Below, one piece after another: positions 1 through 10,283 of a stretch of DNA of 64,000 nucleotides. The translations under genes were made by a program, and so were the position numbers. The stretch covers positions 736,001 through 800,000 of the forward strand of contig CAVQBA010000004.1 in NCBI GenBank assembly GCA_963710605.1. The letters are read 5' to 3'. Source of the stretch: an uncultured cyanobacterium. Its GTDB lineage: Bacteria > Cyanobacteriota > Cyanobacteriia > Cyanobacteriales > Cyanobacteriaceae. Numbering within the stretch: position 1 is the first letter of the stretch; every line of letters starts with the position of its first letter. The notes beneath the pieces were generated by a model that saw nothing but the letters and a program-made list of their open reading frames with translations, was not told where the DNA came from and did not search any database.

Positions 1-206
1 GAAAATTTACCTTTATTTTCATAACCGCCAATATAAGCAACAGTTAAAGGAAGCATCGATAACATACAAGGAGTCAAACTAGTAACTAAACCAGTTAAAA
101 AAATAATCCCGACACTGAAAATACTAACTTGATTTAATTGACTACTAACCAACTGATTTGCCAACTGCTGTAAATGATATAGTTGTGTAGAAATTGATTC
201 AAACAT
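1..206 (-). CDS. ccdA: Cytochrome c biogenesis protein CcdA (5' part; runs off window start)
   Basis: Manual translation from ATG at 206: MFESISTQLYHLQQLANQLVSSQLNQVSIFSVGIIFLTGLVTSLTPCMLSMLPLTVAYIGGYE; the GLxTSLTPC..MLP motif is typical of CcdA/DsbD-beta. Confidence 0.85.
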   Translation of the reverse strand, partial: MFESISTQLYHLQQLANQLVSSQLNQVSIFSVGIIFLTGLVTSLTPCMLSMLPLTVAYIGGYENKGKF

Positions 207-310
207 AATTTTGAATAATTGATAATTTTTATATATTCACGCCCAATCGTATTTATAGCTTCTTTATAGCTATTATTTCAATTCTATATGGTTGAGTTTG
301 AAAACCACAG

Positions 311-347
311 CAAAAAACACCCCCAGTATTACTGAGAGTGTCTTTTG
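311..347 (-). terminator. Intrinsic terminator of psbA copy 1
   Basis: Minus strand ACACTCTCAG-taata-CTGGGGGTGT stem (with G-U pairs) followed by a T-run; near-identical element behind psbA copy 2. Confidence 0.75.
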
Positions 348-400
348 AGATTTTGTTATTTAATTTTGATTGAGTCTTAAATCACAAATCATTTTTTCGA

Positions 401-1471
401 TTAGCCGTTGATTACAGGTGCTGTTACGACATCACTAGATGCTAAATCTAAGGGGAAGTTGTGAGCGTTACGTTCGTGCATTACTTCGATACCGATGTTA
501 GCACGGTTCAATACGTCTGCCCATGTTCCGATTACGTGACCTTGGCTATCTAAGATTGATTGGTTAAAGTTAAAACCGTTCAAGTTGAATGCCATGGTGC
601 TTACTCCCATTGCTGTGAACCAAATACCAATCACAGGCCATGCTCCTAAGAAGAAGTGTAAGGCACGTGAGTTGTTAAATGACGCATATTGGAAGATCAA
701 ACGACCAAAGTAACCATGTGCGGCTACGATGTTGTAGGTTTCTTCTTCTTGACCGAATTTGTAACCGTAGTTTTGTGATTCGGTTTCAGTTGTTTCACGA
801 ACTAATGAAGAAGTTACGAGTGAACCGTGCATTGCGGAGAATAATGATCCACCAAAGACACCGGCTACGCCTAACATATGGAAAGGGTGCATTAAGATGT
901 TATGCTCTGCTTGGAATACGAACATAAAGTTGAATGTTCCGCTAATTCCTAAAGGCATACCATCAGAAAAACTACCTTGACCAATTGGGTAGATTAAGAA
1001 TACTGCTGTTGCCGCAGATACAGGTGCAGAATATGCTACACAGATCCAAGGACGCATTCCTAAACGGTAGGATAATTCCCACTGACGACCCATATAACAG
1101 AAGATTCCGATTAAGAAATGGAATACGACTAATTGGTAAGGACCACCATTGTATAACCATTCGTCTAATGATGCTGCTTCCCAGATTGGGTAGAAGTGAA
1201 GACCAATAGCGTTGGAACTAGGGACAACTGCACCAGAGATGATGTTGTTGCCGTAAAGTAATGAACCAGCTACTGGCTCACGAATACCGTCAATATCTAC
1301 AGGAGGTGCTGCGATAAAAGCGATAATGAAACAAGTGGTTGCAGTTAAAAGACAAGGGATCATCAAAGTACCGAACCAACCGACATATAGACGGTTGTTG
1401 GTTGAGGTGATCCACTGACAAAACTGTTCCCAAGCAGATGACTGCTGTTGTTGTTGTAAAGTGGTTGTCAT
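401..1471 (-). CDS. psbA: Photosystem II D1 protein, standard form (Q130), copy 1
   Basis: Canonical D1 sequence; Y161, D170, E189, H190 and ...[13 protein letters not shown] present; 12-aa C-terminal extension. Confidence 0.99.
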   Translation of the reverse strand: MTTTLQQQQQSSAWEQFCQWITSTNNRLYVGWFGTLMIPCLLTATTCFIIAFIAAPPVDIDGIREPVAGSLLYGNNIISGAVVPSSNAIGLHFYPIWEAASLDEWLYNGGPYQLVVFHFLIGIFCYMGRQWELSYRLGMRPWICVAYSAPVSAATAVFLIYPIGQGSFSDGMPLGISGTFNFMFVFQAEHNILMHPFHMLGVAGVFGGSLFSAMHGSLVTSSLVRETTETESQNYGYKFGQEEETYNIVAAHGYFGRLIFQYASFNNSRALHFFLGAWPVIGIWFTAMGVSTMAFNLNGFNFNQSILDSQGHVIGTWADVLNRANIGIEVMHERNAHNFPLDLASSDVVTAPVING

Positions 1472-1587
1472 GTTTGTTATGATTGCGATTAAATTTTCAA
1501 GGTACGATCTGTTTCGGTTTCCCGAAGTTCAGATTACATCAAACGATCGAATCAGATATTGATTGGTTTCGTTTGGCGTATATACAT

Positions 1588-1616
1588 ATCATAACAACTA
1601 TATTGAGTTTTGTAAA
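1588..1616 (-). promoter_or_regulatory. sigma70-type promoter of psbA copy 1 (-35 TTTACA, 17 bp, -10 TATGAT)
   Basis: Minus strand TTTACA-aaactcaatatagttgt-TATGAT; same arrangement upstream of copy 2. Confidence 0.7.
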
Positions 1617-1766
1617 GTATTCTCAGTTTACTCTTTGTTATCTGAATGATAAGTTTTGCTTAATCTAAAAAAAATAATTGATTTGTTTTCTGAAGTGCTT
1701 AAATCTTGAAGACGTAAAAAAAAGTTCAAACGATCGCTTGTTTCACTCATGTATAAATAGAATTGA

Positions 1767-2135
1767 TTATTTAAGTACGGGGATGAGTTTGGTTTGCGAT
1801 CGATTAATTTCAAAAATCAGATTATCTTCTTGACGACGAGCTTCCCAATTTCCTTGATTAAAAGAATCTTCTTGCCAAGTACCTTGCATCGAATTAAGGT
1901 CATCGCCGATCGTACCTATATAATCAATGCTATAACAACTTCCCATCAAGTAAGTTTTACGAAAACGGATAGATTTACCAATTATCTCTCCTCTCATAGA
2001 TGCTTCTCCTAAGATACCTTGATCTAAAACATGACCTGTTAAAATATTGTTTCCTTGTATTAAACTCATCTGAAAACGTGTGGGAATTCCTCTTTGCCAA
2101 TAAGTTCCCAGCCACATTCCACTAATGTTTGTCAT
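1767..2135 (-). CDS. Conserved hypothetical protein
   Basis: 122-aa ORF with beta-rich W/G pattern (GMWLGTYW, GTW, GNWEARR). Confidence 0.6.
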   Translation of the reverse strand: MTNISGMWLGTYWQRGIPTRFQMSLIQGNNILTGHVLDQGILGEASMRGEIIGKSIRFRKTYLMGSCYSIDYIGTIGDDLNSMQGTWQEDSFNQGNWEARRQEDNLIFEINRSQTKLIPVLK

Positions 2136-2337
2136 AATTTTCGTAAATAAATATAAATAGTACGATCGTTATTTGCTTTAAATATTATATTTCCCGTCAT
2201 ATATCTTTACTTATTCACTTAATCTTGTTGCTTAAATTGTTTAGCGAAAAAGAAAGTATAGTATCAACCAATAATTAATTGTTTTTTATGATAGAGTCGT
2301 AAGTTGTTATTGTCTAGATATTAGCACTTTCATCACT

Positions 2338-3744
2338 ATGGGTTGGTTTAGTAAAGTTTTTTTGACAACAATGTTATTCTGGCTTCCCGATTTGTTTTCT
2401 GCGTCAAATCTCACCAAGACGGCTTGTTTCTTATCAGCATCAGCAAATCAAATAGTTGAGTTTGGTCAAAATGGGGACTCTGTGCCAAATGGTAATGATG
2501 GACAAATAGGTAAAGATAGTGATATTTTAACAATTTTTGCTGATGGCTCACCTCTTAAGTTAGATGTCTCAGGACAAAATGGCACTAATGGAGAAGATGG
2601 TGTAGTAGGAGAAAATGCTTTATGTGATAGTCAACCTGTTAATGTTAATTACAATTTGATTGGAGCAGATGGTGGTAGTGGCGGTAATGGTGGTAATGGC
2701 GGTGATGGCGGTAATGGTGGCTCATTAACTATTTACACCACAAATAAAGATTATTTACGTCAAATTTATGTTCAAGCTAACCATGGGAATGGTGGTGATG
2801 GTGGTGATGGTGGTGATGGTGGTGATGGTTGTCAATGCCCCTCTCCTTATTGGACAGTAGAATCTTGTAATGGTAGCCCCGGTAGTGCTAATTATGTTTG
2901 TGGTACTAAAGAGTATCGTTGTTTGAATGGAGAAGATGGTAAAAATGGTCGTGCCGGTAGAGATGGTAGAGATGGTAAGTTAGGCTCTTTAACATTAATT
3001 AATAGTGGTACTCCTTTACCACCAGATCGTCTTAGTGCTTCAGTTTCGATGAATGAGTTAAAAAGTCGTGGTTTTGCTTTGTCCAAAAACATTTGGCAGA
3101 CTAAAACTGGAGCAACTTCTTTATTTGCTAATGGTTCGGTAATTAATGATCAATATTTAGAATTAGTAGAAAGAGTCGAAAATGCGGTGGTTTTAATTTG
3201 GAATGCACCTCAATCTTTTACCCCTTATCAAGATCTTAATTTGACTTTAAGTTTAAATGACGATCGATCTGTCGGTATAGCTATTCCTGATGATATCTGG
3301 TTACAAACAAACAAAAAAGTTCGAGGTAATGTAACTGAATTATATGTCTTCAATGCAATCAAATCTGCTGAAGCAAATAAATTAGAAAGTAATGGTATAT
3401 CTGGATTTGGAGAAGATTTACAATTAAAAATAGTTGATAATGCTCAAAAATCTAATATAGTTGACACAACTTTTTATCTTAAATACAGTGTATCTAATTC
3501 AAAAGAGGCGAATCTACGTCCTGTCAATGATTATACGTTACGTTATGAGGGTAAAGTACCCGCACCGTTAATTCGTTATCGAGATAATCGTTTTACCATT
3601 AACGTCGGACAATTACCGATCGACTCTCGTTATTTAGAAGCAGATAAAGCAGTAAAAGTAGAAGTAGAAATTACCAGAACTTTTGGCGATAATTCAGTAG
3701 TGAAAAAGATTGTTGAAACAGATATTTTAGGTCCTTTTAATTAA
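2338..3744 (+). CDS. Exported glycine-rich (collagen-like / GGx repeat) protein
   Basis: N-terminal hydrophobic segment, GxxGxxG and GGD/GGN runs, Cys-rich insert; 9-bp tandem GGTGGTGAT at about 2791-2829. Confidence 0.75.
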   Translation: MGWFSKVFLTTMLFWLPDLFSASNLTKTACFLSASANQIVEFGQNGDSVPNGNDGQIGKDSDILTIFADGSPLKLDVSGQNGTNGEDGVVGENALCDSQPVNVNYNLIGADGGSGGNGGNGGDGGNGGSLTIYTTNKDYLRQIYVQANHGNGGDGGDGGDGGDGCQCPSPYWTVESCNGSPGSANYVCGTKEYRCLNGEDGKNGRAGRDGRDGKLGSLTLINSGTPLPPDRLSASVSMNELKSRGFALSKNIWQTKTGATSLFANGSVINDQYLELVERVENAVVLIWNAPQSFTPYQDLNLTLSLNDDRSVGIAIPDDIWLQTNKKVRGNVTELYVFNAIKSAEANKLESNGISGFGEDLQLKIVDNAQKSNIVDTTFYLKYSVSNSKEANLRPVNDYTLRYEGKVPAPLIRYRDNRFTINVGQLPIDSRYLEADKAVKVEVEITRTFGDNSVVKKIVETDILGPFN

Positions 3745-3770
3745 TTGATAATTATTGGTAAATAAATTTT

Positions 3771-4445
3771 TTACGCTGGTACTGTTTTAGGTACACCATT
3801 ATCTCGACTCGAAAACTTAAGAATAAAAGGAGCGGCAACTTTTACCCAATCATCAATAGAGGTGTAATACTCGGCTTCATCACCAAAACAAATATCTAAC
3901 ATATCGGTGTGAATGATACCTGGATTAAGGGGAATTGCCGCCATTGTCGAGGGTAATTCTTGGGCTAATGAACGAGTTAGTCCTTCGATCGCCCATTTTG
4001 AAGCACAATAAGAAGATACTTCAGGAGAAGTAGATCGTCCCCAACCTGAACTAAAGTTAACAATAATACCTTGCCTACGTTTCAGCATTATTGGAATTAG
4101 ACAACGCAAGACATTTGCCGTACCTTTTATATTGATGTCAATTAATCGATCGAATTCAGCGGTTGGTATTTCCCATAATTTAGCTGGTTGATTAATAATA
4201 GCGGCATTGTTAATCACTAAATCAGGTTGATGACTATCAATAAAAGTATTAATCCAGTTTTTGACTTGAACTATATCTGCAACATCAACGGCTGTAAAAT
4301 TATGTTTGGGATATTTAGTTTGTAAATTTTTAATCGTTTCGGCGTTACGAGAGCAACCTATGACTGTATGTCCTAAACTAATAAATTTTTCGGTTAACGC
4401 CCTTCCTAATCCTTTGCTTATTCCAGTAATAACGATCGTTTTCAT
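3771..4445 (-). CDS. Short-chain dehydrogenase/reductase
   Basis: TGxxxGLG, NNAA and YxxSK motifs. Confidence 0.9.
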   Translation of the reverse strand: MKTIVITGISKGLGRALTEKFISLGHTVIGCSRNAETIKNLQTKYPKHNFTAVDVADIVQVKNWINTFIDSHQPDLVINNAAIINQPAKLWEIPTAEFDRLIDINIKGTANVLRCLIPIMLKRRQGIIVNFSSGWGRSTSPEVSSYCASKWAIEGLTRSLAQELPSTMAAIPLNPGIIHTDMLDICFGDEAEYYTSIDDWVKVAAPFILKFSSRDNGVPKTVPA

Positions 4446-4607
4446 TTTGATTATTAATATTTAAAGTTGTTTATTGATTTTAGATAATCAACAACTTATC
4501 ATAACAAGTTAGAATATCAATATTTCGATGACTTGTCATAACAAGTTGCACCATGATTATGATGATCGTTAATGACTTGTTATAGCTTCTCAGACAGCTA
4601 AAAATAA

Positions 4608-5849
4608 TTAGATTGAGCTATCAATTTTTAAAGGATTCTCAATCAATTCGTTGATTGGTGATGGCAAACTAGGAGATGTATGAGGATGATGATGAGATTC
4701 ACCTAAATAAATACCTAAAGATAAAGCTGTTCTTACCATAAAGCCTTCTGCATCGATCGGTGAAGGGCAAGTACCTTCTTGATGACACCATTTAATTAAA
4801 GGCATAATTTGTTCTAAAGATTTACTATCTACACTACCATTTTGCCAAATAACGAGACGGTTATAACATTCATCAGCAATTAAATCTAAAGCTTTGATAG
4901 CAAATACAGTCGCTAAAATACGATCGAATGAACTAGGAACACCACAACGTTGTAAATGACCTAACACTGTCGCTCTGGTATCTAAATGAGCTAAATTTTG
5001 ATAGAAGCTATCTCCTGTGGCACATAAACGAGTACTGTATTCTTTGAGTAAACCAGCTAAAGTCTCGGCAATATAAGGATCTTTATCATTATCTAATCCT
5101 CTTACACCTTCGGCGATGACAACTAAAGCAAATTTACGACGCTCTTGACGTAATTTAGCAATATGATTACACATATATTTAAGCGTCTCGCTAGTTAATT
5201 GAGGAGTTAATTCAGGTACTAAAATGCAATCTGCACCACCTGCAATACCTGAGTGTAAAGCTAAATGCCCTGCATCTCTACCCATAACTTGAACTACCAT
5301 CACTCTTTCGTGACTCGCCGCCGTAAAAGTTAAATCGTAAAGTGCTTGGGTGACTGTATTACGAGCGGTATCAAAACCGACTGAGCGTTCGGTAAAAGCA
5401 ACATCATTATCGATCGTTTTAGGAATTACGATCAAATTCCAGTTACCCTTTTTAGCGATATCATAAATAATATCTAAGCTACCATCTCCACCGATGGCAA
5501 TTAAGGCATCTAAACCTAGACGGATATAACCTTCTAAAATATCTTCGATCGTTCGATCGTCTTGAGGATTACCATGACTTAATGAGCCTAATACACTCCC
5601 ACTCATGAATTGAAGTACATCTAATCCTTCTAAAACACCGGGTAAGTCGTAGCCATGAGGGTACAATCTTAACTCTTCTATTTGTACATTACCTCTGACT
5701 AAATCAACAAATCCATCAGTACCACGAGGAATACCATATACTTCCCATCCTCGTAAGGTAGCGTATTGCACAACTGCTCTGATAATTGCGTTTAATCCCG
5801 GACAATCACCACCACTAGTTAAAATACCAATTCTTTTTTTTGCGTTCAT
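4608..5849 (-). CDS. pfkA: ATP-dependent 6-phosphofructokinase
   Basis: [26 protein letters not shown] and LGHLQR motifs. Confidence 0.93.
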   Translation of the reverse strand: MNAKKRIGILTSGGDCPGLNAIIRAVVQYATLRGWEVYGIPRGTDGFVDLVRGNVQIEELRLYPHGYDLPGVLEGLDVLQFMSGSVLGSLSHGNPQDDRTIEDILEGYIRLGLDALIAIGGDGSLDIIYDIAKKGNWNLIVIPKTIDNDVAFTERSVGFDTARNTVTQALYDLTFTAASHERVMVVQVMGRDAGHLALHSGIAGGADCILVPELTPQLTSETLKYMCNHIAKLRQERRKFALVVIAEGVRGLDNDKDPYIAETLAGLLKEYSTRLCATGDSFYQNLAHLDTRATVLGHLQRCGVPSSFDRILATVFAIKALDLIADECYNRLVIWQNGSVDSKSLEQIMPLIKWCHQEGTCPSPIDAEGFMVRTALSLGIYLGESHHHPHTSPSLPSPINELIENPLKIDSSI

Positions 5850-6162
5850 AGTGACAAAGAGTTAGAGCTGATTCTATCTTAAATTTACTTATCTAAAATA
5901 ATAATCACTGTTGATTAATTCAATAACGTTTGTTTAGCGATTCTTTGTAAAAATTTTTCTTTGTTTATATAAGTTAAATTATCTTTATATCTTGGTTATT
6001 AATGCTCTAAATTATATGGATGTTTGTTTGGCGTAAAATAATGAAGTTAGATTCGGGTAATGAATCGTTAATATCAATCTTTTGTGATTTGCTGTTGTTA
6101 ATTAAAGAAATCGATCGTAGAATAAACAGACAATTTAAAGACAATAGTTATTAATTAAGAAA

Positions 6163-7140
6163 ATGTTTAAACCTAAAAATCGCTTACCCTTATTCGGTTT
6201 TTTGTTGAGTGTAATCATTTTATTGTGTTTTAACAATAATGTTTTTGCTCATGGAAAATTAGATAATTATGCTACAGAAGGAGAAAACGAACAGACTGTT
6301 GCTCAACAAAATGCTGAAGAAATAGAAATAAAAACCATACAGGTGCGCGAAAACATTTATATGTTAGTGGGTGATGGTGGTAACATAGGTGTGAGTACTG
6401 GTGAAGATGGCGTGATCATGATAGATAGTCAATTTGCACCTTTGTTTTCTAAAATTGAAACAGCAATCAAAGAGATTACTCCTCAACCAATTAATTATTT
6501 ACTTAATACCCATTATCATTTCGATCATACTAATGGTAATGCTAACATTGCTAAAGCTGGGGCAACTATTATCGCTCATGATAATGTACCCAAACAAATG
6601 AGAATTCCTCATACTTATGAAGTTTTAGGGAGTACAAGAGAAGCCGCACCGATCGAAGCTTTACCAAGAGTTACTTTTAGTGATAACTTCAGAATGGCTT
6701 TAAACAATAATTATATTCATGCTTTTGCCATGCCTCCTGCCCATACGGATGGTGACGTAGTGGTGCATTTCACTAAACAAAATGTCATTCATACAGGAGA
6801 TTTGTTTTTTAATGGTTTTTATCCTTTTATCGATACGGGTGTTGGTGGTTCTGTAGAAGGTATGATTGAAGCGATCGATCGTATTTTACCCTTAATTAAC
6901 GAAGACACTTTGATTATCCCCGGACATGGTAAATTAGGTAATGAAAAAGAGTTGATGGCATTTCAAGAAATGCTCAAAACTGTTAACGATCGTGTTAAAA
7001 CAGGTATAGAAGAAAATCTGTCTTTACAAGAGATGATTAATGCTAATGTTTTAGCTGATTTAGATGATACTTGGGGTAAAGGTTTTCTTTCTTCGGAGAA
7101 ATTTTTGACTATTGCTTACAATGGAATAATTGATAATTGA
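6163..7140 (+). CDS. Exported MBL-fold metallo-hydrolase
   Basis: Signal peptide; THYHFDH, AHT, GD and IPGHG motifs. Confidence 0.88.
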   Translation: MFKPKNRLPLFGFLLSVIILLCFNNNVFAHGKLDNYATEGENEQTVAQQNAEEIEIKTIQVRENIYMLVGDGGNIGVSTGEDGVIMIDSQFAPLFSKIETAIKEITPQPINYLLNTHYHFDHTNGNANIAKAGATIIAHDNVPKQMRIPHTYEVLGSTREAAPIEALPRVTFSDNFRMALNNNYIHAFAMPPAHTDGDVVVHFTKQNVIHTGDLFFNGFYPFIDTGVGGSVEGMIEAIDRILPLINEDTLIIPGHGKLGNEKELMAFQEMLKTVNDRVKTGIEENLSLQEMINANVLADLDDTWGKGFLSSEKFLTIAYNGIIDN

Positions 7141-7238
7141 TAATTGATAATCAAGACTTCTTACTAGTTACTCAAAATACTCCTTCATTCTCCATTCTTT
7201 GACATCTTTCCACTTTCATCTTTATATTCTCATTAACT

Positions 7239-8249
7239 ATGTTAATTAATCATATTGCTGTGGTAACGATTGGGCGAAACGAAGGCGATCGTTTGGTAAA
7301 CTGTTTACGATCATTAAAAAAAGCCTTACCAGAAAATGCACCGATCGTTTATGTTGATTCTGGTTCTACTGATGGTAGCATCAAAAAAGCTGAAGAAATG
7401 GGGATAATAGTCATCAACTTAGATTTATCTATTCCCTTTACTGCCGCCCGTGCCAGAAATACAGGTTGGGAATATATTGTCAAAAACTATCCGACTATTG
7501 AATATATTCAGTTTTTAGATGGTGATTGTGAATTAAATACCGATTGGTTATCTATAGCCGTTGAGCGATTAGAAACAGAAGCAAAATTAGCAATAGTCTG
7601 TGGTAGAAGAAGAGAAAAATATCCTCAATCCACGACTTATAACAGCTTAATTGATATGGAATGGAATACACCCATCGGCGAAGCTAAAGCTTGTGGAGGA
7701 GATGCTTTAATCAAAACTGAAGCACTTAAACAAGTAGGCGGTTATAACCCCACTCTTATCTGCGGAGAAGAGCCGGAAATGTGTATTAGACTCAGAGAAA
7801 AAGGTTGGAAAATAGAACGAATAGATGCCGAGATGACTAGACATGATGCGGCTATGAGCAAATTTGGTCAATGGTGGAAACGATCGACTAGAAGTGGTTG
7901 GGCGGTAGCACAAGGTTATGCACTACATGGTAATCCTCCTGAAAATTATATGAATAAGCAACATACAAGTGGTTATCTTTGGGGATTAATTATTCCGATA
8001 ATTAGTTTAAGTTTGGTGGGGATAACTAAAGGTTTTAGTTTACTTTTGTTGTCGGGTTATGGTTTGTTGATGTGGAAAATTTATCGTTATCGTTTACTTA
8101 ATTTTGATGATAGTCAAAAACAAGCGAGACTATATGGTTTTTGGTGTGTAGTTTCCAAATTTCCTCAACTTGTCGGACAATGTCAATATTGGTGGTATAA
8201 ATTTACTAAAAAACAAGCAACAATTATAGAATACAAGAATAATGAATAA
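7239..8249 (+). CDS. Family 2 glycosyltransferase with C-terminal TM segments
   Basis: IGRNE, VDSGSTD, ARN, FLDGD and GGY motifs. Confidence 0.9.
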   Translation: MLINHIAVVTIGRNEGDRLVNCLRSLKKALPENAPIVYVDSGSTDGSIKKAEEMGIIVINLDLSIPFTAARARNTGWEYIVKNYPTIEYIQFLDGDCELNTDWLSIAVERLETEAKLAIVCGRRREKYPQSTTYNSLIDMEWNTPIGEAKACGGDALIKTEALKQVGGYNPTLICGEEPEMCIRLREKGWKIERIDAEMTRHDAAMSKFGQWWKRSTRSGWAVAQGYALHGNPPENYMNKQHTSGYLWGLIIPIISLSLVGITKGFSLLLLSGYGLLMWKIYRYRLLNFDDSQKQARLYGFWCVVSKFPQLVGQCQYWWYKFTKKQATIIEYKNNE

Positions 8250-8332
8250 TTAATAATGAATAATTAACTCTCTATTTCCAACTATTTACATTCTTCCTCC
8301 TCCTAAAAAATTATAATCTAAAACCAGCAACT

Positions 8333-8362
8333 TCCTCTGCGTTCTCTGCGTTCTCTGCGGTT
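8333..8362 (-). repeat. Short dispersed repeat (GCAGAGAAC-type 9-mer units); inverse copy at about 16980-17008
   Basis: CCTCTGCGTTCTCTGCGTTCTCTGCGGTT here versus CCGCAGAGACGCAGAGAAACGCAGAGG at 16981. Confidence 0.6.
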
Positions 8363-8411
8363 AATAAATATAAACAATAAAAGCCCTAACCAACTCATTT
8401 TTTGTTATAGA

Positions 8412-9545
8412 ATGAATAGTATTAATCCAGATGAAGTAAAAGTTTATACTCAACAAAAACAAAGCGAAAGATGGTTAGCTAGGTATCGTAACCAGATTCC
8501 TGTATTTGCTTGTATTGTCGGTTTTACCGATACAGCTTTAGTAGAAGGAATTTCTACGGCGGGGGCAACTCCTACTTCACGTCGCTTTACTGCTTTAGCT
8601 GATGCTGAATTTTTAATCAATGGAGTACAACCTCAACCGACTTTTGCTTTACCTTCTCTTGATGTCGGTATTTCTCCTGTTTTTATTACTCGTGCTGTCG
8701 TTGAAAGATTTGCTTTACCTACTTATGTTTTTAATGCTGGATTAAATCGATCGCTTTGTGTTGCTAATATTGATTTAAACGGACAACCCGCTCAATGTGT
8801 TTCTACGGGTAAAGCTTTACCAATCAAGGTAGTTAAGCATTTATATGAGCAAGGATTAAAATGGGGTGAGAAGTTAGCCCAAGAAGTAACAAAAGATAGT
8901 TATCTTGTACTGAGTGAATGTGTAGTTGGTGGCACAACCACAGCTTTAGCTGTGTTAACTGCTTTGGGTATTTCTGCTCGAGATAAAGTAAATAGTAGTC
9001 ATCCTGTTTGTAATCATCATCAAAAATGGCAACTTGTCGCTCAAGGGTTAAAACAAGCAGGTATCAACCAAAAAGAAAAGACGATCGATCCTTTTGCTAT
9101 CATAGCCGCAGTCGGTGATCCGATGCAAATAGTTGTAGCAGGAATGGCAATTAGTGCCAGTAAAAAGGTAGGGGTAATGTTGGCAGGGGGTACACAAATG
9201 TTAGCGGTATTTGCTTTAATTAAAGCTTTAAAAACAAAATATAATTTATCGATTAATTATGATAATATTATTGTTGCTACCACTCGTTGGGTAGCAGAAG
9301 ATCAAACTGGGGATACAGTTACATTAGCTAATTTAATTGGAGATGTTGGGCTTTGTGCGACTCAATTAAATTTTACTCGATCGCAATATATGAGCTTACA
9401 AAAATATGAAGAAGGTTTTGTTAAAGAAGGTGTAGGGGCAGGAGGAAGTGCTGTCACTGCCCACTTGTTAGGTATTAATAACGAAGAATTACTGACATTG
9501 ATAGAAGCCATTATTGGAACTTTCCACACGATTACGGATAGCTAA
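8412..9545 (+). CDS. cobT: Nicotinate-nucleotide:base phosphoribosyltransferase (cyanobacterial/archaeal CobT-like)
   Basis: ECVVGGTTTA, GDP, LAGGTQM and KEGVGAGG motifs. Confidence 0.82.
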   Translation: MNSINPDEVKVYTQQKQSERWLARYRNQIPVFACIVGFTDTALVEGISTAGATPTSRRFTALADAEFLINGVQPQPTFALPSLDVGISPVFITRAVVERFALPTYVFNAGLNRSLCVANIDLNGQPAQCVSTGKALPIKVVKHLYEQGLKWGEKLAQEVTKDSYLVLSECVVGGTTTALAVLTALGISARDKVNSSHPVCNHHQKWQLVAQGLKQAGINQKEKTIDPFAIIAAVGDPMQIVVAGMAISASKKVGVMLAGGTQMLAVFALIKALKTKYNLSINYDNIIVATTRWVAEDQTGDTVTLANLIGDVGLCATQLNFTRSQYMSLQKYEEGFVKEGVGAGGSAVTAHLLGINNEELLTLIEAIIGTFHTITDS

Positions 9546-9950
9546 TAATTGTTCTTCTAGTGAAGCAATACGGTAATAAGCCGCCGTTAACTGTGCTGTT
9601 AAGCGATGCACTTGCTCATCACAAGAAATTACTTCTGAACGTTGGCTACTATTATTATCAGATACAGACAATGTTTGAACGGATTCATCATCAACTAAAA
9701 TATCCTTATGTTGATTTAATAAATAATAGTTTTCTTCTGAGTTATTTTTCTTGACACTTTCGCTATTAGATGCACTATAGCTATGTGGTTGAACACTTTG
9801 TGAGCGTTGTATCAAAGAAGCGGTATCTAATGGTAGGTGATGATTTTTTACATCTTGCCAACCAACGTATTCGCTTAGTTGTTTAATTACCGTATAAAGG
9901 TGACTCACTTGCTCGTGAAGTTTGGTAATTTCTTTTTGGGAATGATTCAT
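9489..9950 (-). CDS. Hypothetical protein with C-terminal coiled coil
   Basis: 153-aa ORF ending QVHRLTAQLTAAYYRIASLEEQL; overlaps the convergent cobT 3' end. Confidence 0.65.
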   Translation of the reverse strand: MNHSQKEITKLHEQVSHLYTVIKQLSEYVGWQDVKNHHLPLDTASLIQRSQSVQPHSYSASNSESVKKNNSEENYYLLNQHKDILVDDESVQTLSVSDNNSSQRSEVISCDEQVHRLTAQLTAAYYRIASLEEQLLAIRNRVESSNNGFYQCQ

Positions 9951-10283
9951 AAAAATTAAGATTTCGTGATTTGTTCAATCAATATATTTTGTTTGCACTT
10001 TTATATGCTAGATTCTCTTTTGTGAATATGTCCACTATTCCTGATTATTTTAATGTTTGCTTTTTATAATATATGAGTAGTATTGTTACGATATTTAAAT
10101 TATATTTAACAAATGTACTTAAATCTTAACGAAATAAAAAATATAAATTAATCTTCAATAAATCACAGGCTATGTGTTTGAAAGAAAAAAATACAATAAT
10201 ATACAATAATTTGTTACTGTAATAAAGGATAATTTTTATGATTTTGAATTACTTGAACCTCAATTCTTCACGCAATTTTTTTT

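Noticed and set aside
679-1209. Short ORFs overlapping psbA (also 55493-56023)
   Set aside because: Antisense or alternative-frame shadows; they recur only because psbA is duplicated
401-1471. Atypical (rogue, microaerobic or far-red) D1 variant
   Set aside because: All Mn-cluster ligands and Y161/H190 are standard in both copies
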